NCBI GenBank assembly: GCA_964527765.1
Contig: CAZGQR010000007.1
Span: 38,100-100,295 of the forward strand
Length of the DNA: 62,196 nucleotides
DNA from: an uncultured Planctomycetia bacterium
GTDB taxonomy: Bacteria > Omnitrophota > Gorgyraeia > Tantalellales > Tantalellaceae
Reading direction: 5' to 3'
Position 1 is the stretch's first letter. Every line of letters starts with the position of its first letter. Below, piece by piece: positions 46,609-56,200 of this stretch. The position numbers and the translations under genes were made by a program. The notes under the pieces were generated by a model. The model saw only the letters and a list, made by a program, of their open reading frames with translations. It was not told the DNA's origin and searched no databases.

Positions 46609-49600
46609 ATGAGTAATTACAAAAATAGGCACAGGAAATGGATAAGGACCATAGCTATGGTCGTAGTGTGTCTGTTTTCCTCTATAAATATCACAACATA
46701 TGCGGATATAGCAGAGAGTACTTTAGCTCCAAAATTGCTTACGTCAAGCATAACTCAAAAAAATGATAGTGGAGTCGACACAAGAAAAGTGCTTTACCGC
46801 AAAGAAGGAGAAATAAATAAACTCTTTGATGCGGTATCAAGGGCGCATGAGATGGGGAAAAAGCCGGAGTGGGAAAAGGTCGGTAAAGAAGCTTCCCGAA
46901 TTAAGAAGAATTGGGTGGCCTGTTATATGGGGCCTTGGTTGGCGGAAATATATGCGGACCGAGTTGTCTCAGAAGACGAAGCCCTACATGCGCGGGAGGA
47001 TTTTCGTTTGAATTTCAAACAGGCCGTTGTCGGGATAAATAGGTCTCGGCAGGAGCCTATTCCAAACATGGATATAAACGATATACTTTTATATGCCGAT
47101 GAGGCGTTTAATACACTCATGAGATCAAGTTCCGATTCCGGATGGAAGCGACAACTCTCGCGGATCGAAATATGGGGATCGGAAAGCGCAGAGCATCTTA
47201 CTCTTTCCCCCGAGGGGGATGGCAGTATGGTTGTTATGGATGATAGTAAGCCTTTCAATGATGAGGAGATGAAGGTAGTTTATGAGGTGCTTGAGGAGAT
47301 TGAAGGATATTTAGAGGAATTAGGCTTTCCTGAGAATCATCCTAAAACCGGCGCGTCAATGAAACCGGATTACGAGCGATATGAGAATCAAAAACTGCCC
47401 GTATATAAAGTGATTTTACGCGCTTATGGCATGGAGGGATGGAATTACGAGTTTGAGAACATACACCAGGATGAGTATCCTCCGCTCATAGGCAAGAACG
47501 GGCAACCGCAACCAACAAGAAGTGAGATCATTAAAGTGATAGAACAAAAGTTCAAGGAAAGAGGCTGCATGGATTTCAGCGTGTCGTTGAACAGGAACAC
47601 GATCATCACGATAGTGAAGAAAGGTGTAACTAAGACCCGGGGCATCAGGAAACTTCTGGAAGAAGGGCCGGTAGTATATTTCGGTGATGAGACAGGGCTT
47701 GGAAATGACCGCGAAGTTTCAGAAATGGCTATAGGAGAAGATGCTCTTTTGACGGTAGGTCTTGATAAAAAGAAAAAAGTCGAGAAAAAAGAAAAGCCTT
47801 TCCCAAAAGGGGTAGCTTACACTGGTGGCTTGACCGAAGGGCTTAAGAAAGTGCTCAAGAGGTTCACCGAGATACTGAAAGAGAACAATACCGTAATGCC
47901 GGACAATAAGGCGATAGCCGAAGCTTTTATACAAGCGGTAAGGGATACGGCGGATTGGGCTTTACTGAAAGAGAAGGGTTATAGGGACGAGGTCGATAAA
48001 AAACTGGGATCTTTTCTGAAGGCGGCAAGCCGTTCAAAGAAGCCGATAAGTTTCGCGTTCGACAGCGACGGCACTCTTACAACCGGCAGAGGAGCTCCCA
48101 TCGATGAGGAAACGGGGAATATCCTGGCGGAGATGATGAGTTTTACCAAGGGTAAGATCGCGGTTTTGACGGGAAAGCTCAGGGAAGATCTTAGGGAATG
48201 CTATATACCTGACGATCTGTGTCTTATCGCGCATAAGAACAGCCTGATAACACGTGAAAGAAAAAGAGCTATCCCGGAAAAGTATCCAGGCACGGATGAA
48301 TTTGATGAATTTAAAAGAAAATATTTCGCTTGCTATACTCTTTTTGCCCATAAAGCAGTAAATGAATATATTAAAAGTCAAATTCCTCAAGAAGGCATAG
48401 AAGCTTTGCAGTCAAGAACTGACAAAGTTATTATTTCCGAGACTGAGCAGCAAGAAATTATTATTGTTGCCATTCCGGACTTATTAAAAAACACTGGTCA
48501 ACTCGCGCATATAGGACTAGGCAGCAGGAATGGCGTGCCCACTGCTTATGTCGATAGCACCTATTTTTACGATGAAGATGTGCTTGCTCATGAAAAAGAC
48601 GAGATTGCAAGTTGGGAGAGGAAAAGAAAAGAACTTGACCTTACATATAAGGAAATGCGGGAATGGATAAAAACAAATCCCGAAGCAAAGAAACTTGCCT
48701 CTGAATTTCATGCCTCTTCATATAGCCTGGAAAGCTCACATTCCCGAATTCAGGAAAAATACCAGAATCTATTGGATCTGGATAACATTTATGCTGCTTA
48801 TCTGGCCTATGGCTTCGATGTTGATGATAATGATGTGAATATCGCAGCCCATAAAAAGAAGAAAAGGGATGAGGCAATTTCTCCAGAGATAATAAAAATG
48901 GTTGTGGGTCAATGCCAGGGGATCGTACAAACGCTTGACATGTCGACCGGTGATAAATGCATAGAACGAGAGCTGAAAAAAATTAATAAGATTTTAAAAG
49001 AACGTCAAAATGACAAAGCGCTTATCTACGCACTGCTTGCAGTGGACATGTATGAAATTAATAAAGTTATCATGGACAATACCGATGACGATTCCTTATT
49101 TTTTTCAAACCCCATCCTTTTTGTGAACGACCACGTGAGAAAATCCGTTAAAGAGTTTGCAAGACAAATTAAAAATGCTGTTGCAAGCTATGAAAGAGAA
49201 AAATATTTTCCCGACAGTGACGTACGGGTTGTTGCCACTTATGCGGGGGGCATTGATAAAGATTTAAGATTCTTAAAGAAGAGCACTGACCAGATTTTTG
49301 AGATATTCCCTGAACTTCGAAGGGTTTTCTTGAATTTGCCAGCCATACTAATAAGGAATTTAAAATGGCCTCTTGCTGCATTTGATTGGGAAGGAGCAAA
49401 GACCATTAAAATATCAAAAGAGTTCCTGGACCTCGCAAAAAAGGATATTTCTATTTTCTACCTTCTGGGAAGTGCCATTGCGCATGAATTAGACCATGCC
49501 AGGTTTGACAGCAGTTATAAATTGGGAGACTTAATCGCATGGTCCGTTGAGTTTGAAAGGGAAGAGAAAAACCTTACTCCGATTACGCCAAATACTCTAA

Positions 49601-50889
49601 ACCCATTTGTATATTTTATGGAAATCTCGGCATGTTTAACAGATGCCAGATATACATTGACCCAAATGGAACGGCTAACGTCTTCCGAGCAAAAGGGTGT
49701 ACGAAAAAAGCTTAAATTACATATATCAAGAAATTTGGAAGGGGTAAAGTGCGCACTAAATGTCCTAAAAAGGCATAAAAAGGAAAAAATATTTACTAAA
49801 AAAGGTGAGCAATTACTTGTGGAGTATACCGAAAAACTGGATCAACTGGAAAAGGCATATGCAGATTCTCTAAAGAAGAAGACACCCACAGCTGTGGCTA
49901 AAAATGCTAAGGCGCGAAAAAAGGACAAAGGCTGTCCGGAGAAGCTCCTTGAGGATATCCGCAACAATGACATTCTACTGAGAAAGGCCCTAAGCGAAGA
50001 AGGCATATCAAGGCAGGAGATACTGGCTATCCGCGACTGGTCCGAGAGGACCGTGGACAGGGAAGTGGAGATCCTAAAGGCACTTGGCATATTTGTTCCT
50101 ATAGAAGAGAAGACCGGACATTACAAATTCAGCGATATGATGAAGGGTCCAAACGAAAATTACACTAAGACCATGATCAATGCAATAAATGACATAAAGT
50201 ACCAAGTTGGCCAAAAAGGCGAAGAAAGGCCGCTTAATCGCTACGATATCCCTAAAGATAAAAGACCTGCGGTAAAAGAGCTCATCAAAATGACTGTATT
50301 ACACCAAGCAAATCTCATGCAAAGGTCAGCTACCCTCGAGAATAAGGTTTTATGGCACATCATTGAACGTGACGTTTTATCTGACTCTCAAAAGAACTCT
50401 TTTGCTCAACAGATAAATACCGCATCAATGAAATCAGGTTCTCCTGAAAGAATATGGATCCTTAAAAGAGAGGAAACAATAAAAGAGGCTATCGCAAAAA
50501 TTAAGGCAATTTGTCCAAACGCTGTCTTCGACGTTGCTTTAAGCAGCCCGGATCATATAGAAAAAATACCGGCCCTGGAAGGGGAAAAAGAGATCAAAAT
50601 GCTTGTTTTTAAGGGGACAGCTGGAGATTTTAGTCAAATAGAGGGCGTAATAGCCGCTTTAAGGGCATTGCATCTCAAGAAAGAACAGGTCATACCGGCT
50701 CTTTTAAGAATATATTCAATTATGGCAGGGGCTCCCTATACCGGAGAGATCCCTTCGGAGGCCACACTGGAGGACGTAAGGGAATTCGCACGCAAGTTTA
50801 TATTTGACCTGCCGCCTGCAACAGAACTGCCTGTCGATGATATCCCGAAGCTTAACGAGAGACTAAAAGAGCTTCTTATAGCAGCTTAA
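46609..50889 (+). CDS. giant protein 2 (1426 aa) with N-terminal signal-anchor, HAD-like motifs and an HExxH motif
   Basis: 4.28-kb ORF. N-terminus NRHRKWIRTIAMVVVCLFSSINITTYADI. FDSDGTLT and GDETGLGNDRE. AIAHELDHARF (49483-49497). Tail ...LKELLIAA. Confidence 0.85.
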   Translation: MSNYKNRHRKWIRTIAMVVVCLFSSINITTYADIAESTLAPKLLTSSITQKNDSGVDTRKVLYRKEGEINKLFDAVSRAHEMGKKPEWEKVGKEASRIKKNWVACYMGPWLAEIYADRVVSEDEALHAREDFRLNFKQAVVGINRSRQEPIPNMDINDILLYADEAFNTLMRSSSDSGWKRQLSRIEIWGSESAEHLTLSPEGDGSMVVMDDSKPFNDEEMKVVYEVLEEIEGYLEELGFPENHPKTGASMKPDYERYENQKLPVYKVILRAYGMEGWNYEFENIHQDEYPPLIGKNGQPQPTRSEIIKVIEQKFKERGCMDFSVSLNRNTIITIVKKGVTKTRGIRKLLEEGPVVYFGDETGLGNDREVSEMAIGEDALLTVGLDKKKKVEKKEKPFPKGVAYTGGLTEGLKKVLKRFTEILKENNTVMPDNKAIAEAFIQAVRDTADWALLKEKGYRDEVDKKLGSFLKAASRSKKPISFAFDSDGTLTTGRGAPIDEETGNILAEMMSFTKGKIAVLTGKLREDLRECYIPDDLCLIAHKNSLITRERKRAIPEKYPGTDEFDEFKRKYFACYTLFAHKAVNEYIKSQIPQEGIEALQSRTDKVIISETEQQEIIIVAIPDLLKNTGQLAHIGLGSRNGVPTAYVDSTYFYDEDVLAHEKDEIASWERKRKELDLTYKEMREWIKTNPEAKKLASEFHASSYSLESSHSRIQEKYQNLLDLDNIYAAYLAYGFDVDDNDVNIAAHKKKKRDEAISPEIIKMVVGQCQGIVQTLDMSTGDKCIERELKKINKILKERQNDKALIYALLAVDMYEINKVIMDNTDDDSLFFSNPILFVNDHVRKSVKEFARQIKNAVASYEREKYFPDSDVRVVATYAGGIDKDLRFLKKSTDQIFEIFPELRRVFLNLPAILIRNLKWPLAAFDWEGAKTIKISKEFLDLAKKDISIFYLLGSAIAHELDHARFDSSYKLGDLIAWSVEFEREEKNLTPITPNTLNPFVYFMEISACLTDARYTLTQMERLTSSEQKGVRKKLKLHISRNLEGVKCALNVLKRHKKEKIFTKKGEQLLVEYTEKLDQLEKAYADSLKKKTPTAVAKNAKARKKDKGCPEKLLEDIRNNDILLRKALSEEGISRQEILAIRDWSERTVDREVEILKALGIFVPIEEKTGHYKFSDMMKGPNENYTKTMINAINDIKYQVGQKGEERPLNRYDIPKDKRPAVKELIKMTVLHQANLMQRSATLENKVLWHIIERDVLSDSQKNSFAQQINTASMKSGSPERIWILKREETIKEAIAKIKAICPNAVFDVALSSPDHIEKIPALEGEKEIKMLVFKGTAGDFSQIEGVIAALRALHLKKEQVIPALLRIYSIMAGAPYTGEIPSEATLEDVREFARKFIFDLPPATELPVDDIPKLNERLKELLIAA

Positions 50890-50901
50890 TCTTTATCTAT
50901 A

Positions 50902-51366
50902 CTAAATTAAGGACGGATCCACAAGATCCGTCCTTTTTTGTATGCAGGTGCTGCTAAGGTCAATATGCGTTAATAACATTTTGCGTAGTTTAATAAATGT
51001 TCTGATAATCTGTATGTTAACTTGAATAGCTCTCTTACTGTTAAGAACTGAAGAAAGCATGGCCACCCCGGGTTCGGTAAAAACATGGGGCGGATAACGC
51101 AAGCCCATTTTATCTGCAGAATTGGAGGTGACAAATTGGCACCTCCAATCTTTAAACTCCTGTTTTGACAATTGAAACATAAAATCAGAGGGAAATCTAT
51201 CAAGATTCCTGCGCACCTGCCGTTTTAAATATTTGGTCTCAACGCCGTAAAGAATTGCCAGATCCTTATCCAGCATTACCTTTTTACCCCTAAGTAAGAG
51301 TATTTTACTTTCTATGGTTTCCTGTGGAATAAAATTTGTTACTGCCGAATTCTTCTTTTTAGCCAT
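50902..51366 (-). pseudogene. ORF6N domain gene, copy 3, 3'-truncated
   Basis: Start ATG 51366 (RBS AAGGAAGGA). Homology to other copies ends at ...KMLLTHIDL (about 50955). The remaining codons read through the terminator of giant ORF 2. The conserved ...KPKRRIGF tail is missing. Confidence 0.7.
50911..50939 (+). terminator. rho-independent terminator of giant ORF 2
   Basis: GGACGGATC (50911-50919) pairs with GATCCGTCC (50925-50933), then TTTTTT. Confidence 0.8.
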
Positions 51367-51554
51367 TAAATCCTTCCTTGGTTCAGTTTTTATCTGCCAC
51401 ACTATTATAGACAACTTTCTCGCCGAAATTCTTTCATTTTTTTTGGGGTGACCATAAAAAGAGCATATAGAAATAAGAAGCAGGGTGGAACATCCGCAAG
51501 GAATATAGTATAATTGTATAGAAAATCGTAAAATAGGGCAGAAAGTCGCAAATA

Positions 51555-51890
51555 ATGAGGATCTGGGACATCTCGCCGCAAAAATTATGCCGCAACCATC
51601 TCCTGGCGGAACACAGGGAACTCCACGCCATATGGAACATCATAACCCAAAAAAGGAAAGGATACTCAAAACATCCCGAAACGTTAAGGTGGAAAGGGAA
51701 GCTGAAGGCCCTGTATCTCAGGCATGAAAGATTAGTCAAAGAAATGAAGAAAAGGGGCTATAATCATAAAAGCCCTTTATCCAGGAAGCTGGCGACGGGG
51801 AAAGCCGGGCAGGACACATACGTCGATTCACCCGAAACGCAGATCAGGATCCTCAAGAAGAAAAAATGCGAGTGCGGCCGGCAGCTTTAG
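51555..51890 (+). CDS. pyrimidine dimer DNA glycosylase / endonuclease V (T4 DenV family)
   Basis: MRIWDISPQKLCRNHLLAEHRELHAIW...GYSKHPETLRWKGKLKALYLRHERLVKEMKKRGYNHKSPL. Confidence 0.8.
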   Translation: MRIWDISPQKLCRNHLLAEHRELHAIWNIITQKRKGYSKHPETLRWKGKLKALYLRHERLVKEMKKRGYNHKSPLSRKLATGKAGQDTYVDSPETQIRILKKKKCECGRQL

Positions 51891-51928
51891 GATAAATTTC
51901 AAAAAAGCTATAACCACAAGGAGAAAAT

Positions 51929-52096
51929 ATGGACGAAAAACAGGCAAGGCTCATAACCGCGCCACTGGTGGGAACCGGGATCATACTTATAATGATGTCC
52001 GCTTTCGATATAGTCCCCGCATGGGACAATGTCCTGATCTTTATCGGGATAGCCTGTTTTATAGTGTCGTGGGTCATAAAAAGAATGGCAAAATAG
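51929..52096 (+). CDS. small two-TM membrane protein (55 aa)
   Basis: RBS AAGGAGAAAAT. Encodes MDEKQARLITAPLVGTGIILIMMSAFDIVPAWDNVLIFIGIACFIVSWVIKRMAK. Confidence 0.4.
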   Translation: MDEKQARLITAPLVGTGIILIMMSAFDIVPAWDNVLIFIGIACFIVSWVIKRMAK

Positions 52097-52097
52097 G

Positions 52098-52214
52098 ATG
52101 GACAAGATACGCTACGAACTCGACCCCTACAACCGCCTTATCCTTAATAGGACCGGCAAAAAAGGGCGCCTCACGAAGTTCCGGAGGGTCCTGGACGGCC
52201 GGTTCAGGATATAA
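52098..52214 (+). pseudogene. 5' fragment (38 codons) of the 58839..59852 gene family
   Basis: MDKIRYELDPYNRLILNRTGKKGRLTKFRRVLDGRFRI-stop. About 90 percent nucleotide identity to 58839-58955. Homology ends where the TTAGGGTAACCATAAAAAGAGC junction begins. Confidence 0.75.
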
Positions 52215-52222
52215 TTATTTAG

Positions 52223-52345
52223 GGTAACCATAAAAAGAGCATATAGAGGGCTGTTGAAGTTGGACGGCTCCGATATTAGCAGCCCATCCGTCCAAAAACA
52301 GCATAAGTGGGCTTGCTGAAGAGGGCTGGCTGGGTGTTTGGGGTG
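52223..52345. repeat. junction motif GGTAACCATAAAAAGAGC plus conserved hairpin module (copy E)
   Basis: TTGGACGG (52260-52267) pairs with CCGTCCAA (52288-52295). AGCAGCCCA and TGGGCTTGCT are also complementary. Confidence 0.8.
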
Positions 52346-52437
52346 TTATAGAAAGTTCTGTCATTCCCGCGAAAGCAGGAATCCATAAGCCCGGTTATTG
52401 GTGTAGGTGGTTTTTAAGGCGCATTTTGGTCACCAGT

Positions 52438-52873
52438 TTAATCATGGCGAAATCCTATCCTGCGTTTCGGCTTTTCTTCAACAGGCGGTTCGACTAGCCG
52501 CTGGATCGCTTCAAAGATCACTATAATTTCTTTATCATGGCGATCTACTTTCTCTTGCAGGAATTCAAGTTGCAGTAAAATTTCTTTGTGTTTAATTATA
52601 GTTTCACGCAATTTAACATAAGGGCATAGCGCCCGAATGTTTAAGCGAATTCAACCGGTGACAAATTGTCACCAGTTCGTCCCGTTCTTTTTTATTAAGC
52701 CTGAACATGAATTCCTTTGGAAACCGCTGAATATTACGCTTGACCTGCCGATTCAAATATTTCGTCTCTACTCCGTACAGCTCAGCGATGTCTTTATCTA
52801 TGATGACCTTTTGACTGCGTATCAAGAAAATCCTTTGCTCAACAACTTCTTGTGGAATCAATTCTTTAACCAT
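52438..52873 (-). pseudogene. ORF6N domain gene, copy 4, internal deletion and frameshift
   Basis: The N-terminal 86 codons (52613..52873) stop after ...LVTICHRLNSLKHSGAMPLC. The AFTE...LNS core is absent. The C-terminal ...[26 protein letters not shown] is retained in another frame (52438-52612). Confidence 0.75.
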
Positions 52874-53276
52874 AAAAGCTCCTTTTTTAAATCTTGCCTC
52901 TGCTTATATAGACAACTCTCTCACCGAATTCTTTCAATCTTTTTCAGGTGACCATAAAAAGAGCTTACAGGGAAGGGGGAGGCTTGTGCTGTGAAAAGTC
53001 CACCGGGTTCAGTGCGCAATGGGTTTAGTGAATAAAGTCCTTGAACCTGATTCAAAATAAGGTTGTTAGTTATTGACAGGTGATAAATTTACTTATTTTT
53101 AAATAGTTCGAGCGCGAGGACACGGCTAAAAAGCACATTTTGTATATCTTAACCAAACTTTATTATCTTGTTATATAAATTAAACTTTGCTAAACTAACT
53201 TTGTATAAGCTAACCTTGCTAAATTTTACTCTCCTCATAAAAGCGTTATTTTCTTTCTCAATGAAGGGGTAACATT

Positions 53277-56200
53277 GTGAAAAGAACAAAAAGACTTAAT
53301 TTCTTTAAAATAATATCTATTTTCCTTGTCCTCAGTTTCCCGTTCAATGACGCGGCCTTCGCGATACCGGAACTTTCCAATATGCAAAGTCCGTCAAGCC
53401 CGCTCCAGCCATGGACCTTTACTGATAATTTCCTTGTGAAGCGTGAAATACTCTCGGAACTATATAAAAGATCACGGCTAATATGGATCGCCAAATCGAA
53501 AAGATACCGCGATCTCCTGGAGCAACATAACGCCGGGGCGCTGCTCCTTCCTTCGGGCAGGTATTTGATGGCGCAAGAGACAATGAAGGACGACCTCTCC
53601 CTGATCAGCGCCGTTACCCATGAGGATTATGAGATACTCATGCAGCGCGAACAAAAATCAAAACCTGCCAGATATGAAAAAGTTATGAAAGAAGTCCTTG
53701 GAAATAACCAGATCAGGCGCGCTTATTTTTCGCTGCCCGGATGCGAAAAAGCGAGTGACAACGTGATTTTTAACGATCTGATCGCGAAGGGCTTCGAGCT
53801 TCTGTTCCTTGTTGAAAATTCCCTCGTCGATCCGCGGACAGAACTTTCCCCGGAAGAAAAAACATTTCTTAAGAATATACGACCCGTCCTGGAAGCAAGG
53901 GATAAAAAAGGCGCTTATGAGAATTTCTCTCCGGTCTTTTTTGACGTCACGGAAAGGTTAAAGACCGTAAAAGACGCGCAGGAAGACGCGGATCAAAGAT
54001 TTTATAAAAGCGCTTCTTCAAAGAGGCAAACGCCGGACAACGAACAAGATGCGTCCGACAAACGGTTCAAATCCATCCTGCGCGCTTTAAGGAAAAAAGG
54101 GTTTTATATCGCAGGGGCGGCTGTGGTGGGCGCGTTCCTGGCGCTGGGAAACGCAGCGGCGGAACCGACAAAGACACTGAAAGAACTTCCTTCGAATGAT
54201 GAAAAACTGCGGCTTATTTTTGAAAATGCTCAAGAAGGCAAATATTCCTACGCGACATTTTTTGACGAGCTCATAAAGATCGACGATTTTCGCGTGTTTA
54301 GATATCTCGCGGGGCTCATGGAAAAGCATGAAATGCCGGCCATTCGCGAGCTTGCTGTCGAAACCCTGGCACGGCTTAATGACGTACGCGGGCTCGGGCC
54401 GCTGTTAAGAGCAAAGCTTTACGATAAAGACCCCGCCGTGCGGAAAAAAGCGAAAGAAGTCATTAAAAAGTACGAATATCTGGACTCGCTCAGTGCCCTT
54501 ATAAATGTTCTTATACAGGAAGACGACCCGAACATGCGCGAGGAGGTCCTTGCCGCCCTGGAAAAGCTCGATGACCCGGAGGCAGTTGAAGCGCTTTACA
54601 GGTTAAAAAAATTCCGCTCCGAAGGGACGGGTCTGAGCCGGATGGAGGCGGAGAAGGTGCGTCAAAACGCCGAAAAAACCCTGAAAGCCCTGGAAAAACT
54701 GGATGTACCGCGGATAAAAGAAGCGTTATCGCTGCGTACTCTCCCCGGGGAAGTGAAGCGTGAATGGTGGGAAACAGCCCTTCTGGGGGCCATAGCGCTG
54801 TGCAGTTTGCTTATTTTCTGGAAGGTGTTTATCGGGATATATAGGTACCGCAGGCTGAAAAAACACCTGCGGCGCGCCGAAACCATAGATCAGCTCATTA
54901 AAACGATCAAGACGTACAGGGGCAAGGGAGGAGTGTTCACGGATTCCGCGATAATAGCGAAAGCCCGGGAGATAACGGATGGCCTTGCGGAAAAGGCGAA
55001 AACGCTGCAAGATCTTAGCGAAATCGAAAAACAATTAGAAGCATTAGAAAAGTGGTTTTCGTCAGACCACATATCGACGGTCAAGTCCGGGGAATTACAG
55101 TCCAGAAAGTGGCATCTAGAGCAGGTAAAAGTAACCGAATTGCGCACCGGGATGATCAAGCGTTTGCAGTCCGCCGAAACCATTGACGAGATCATCCGGA
55201 TAATCGAAGAAGACAAAGGGAGCAAAAAAAGTGTATTAACCGCCGAAGGCACAAGTAAAAGCATAACACCGCTTTTAACAACCGCTCTGGGAAAAATCAA
55301 AGATCTGGAAGACTTAATAAAGGTAGAAGAGAAAATAACAAGGATAAAAGGGTATTTTTCCTATGCTTCAAAATCCCTTTTCGCCCGGGATTTATTTCGA
55401 AAAAAAGAAGAAGAGTTCCTGCAAAAGGAGAAAGAGAGCTTTGCTTCAAAGTTGCGTTTGGCGGAAAGTAACGAAAAATTTGAACTGGTCTTAATGGAAA
55501 AACTTGAATCTGTCTGCGGCCACATCGATAAAGAACAGTTTTTCCTGAGAACCGCCATGGATCTCGCTCATACCTACGACAGGCTAAAGAGCGTTTGCGA
55601 GTTCAATCATACCCGGACGGGTTCAAATATCATAGGCGCCGGGGAAATAATTAAAAAGCTTGAATCGCTGGGGATCAAACCGTCCGACAAACAATTAAAA
55701 GCGTTTTTCATCGAACTGGTGTGGAAAGGCGCGGAAACGCGCGTTAAAATATTGCGGCAACTCGCCAAAAAATTCGACGAAGAGCGAAAGGCGGACAAAA
55801 AGCGAAAAGCGGATCGGGGTTTAACGGAATATGGCCGCTGGACCGATTACCTTTTCGGCGAAGACAAAGTCCCAAGAAAAAGCGCTGAAATCGCGAAACA
55901 AATAAAAGAGAACTTGTCCGGCATGGATATACCGCTCTTAGAAACAACCGCGCGCAAAGTAAGCTCTATGTCTACGGAAGAGGATGCCGCGACTCTCATC
56001 GAAATGTTCAATGCCATACACTTTGCCAATAAAATGGACGTGATCTTCAACCAAAACCGTCCGTACGCCAAGAGTTATGAAGAATCGAAGGACGAAAAGG
56101 ACCTTGATTTTGAGAATTATTGCGCTGGCCTGATCGAATCCTACGGCTTAATTTCCTTCAAGAATGAGGCCGGAAAGAAGGCGATGGTTGATTTTCTCGG

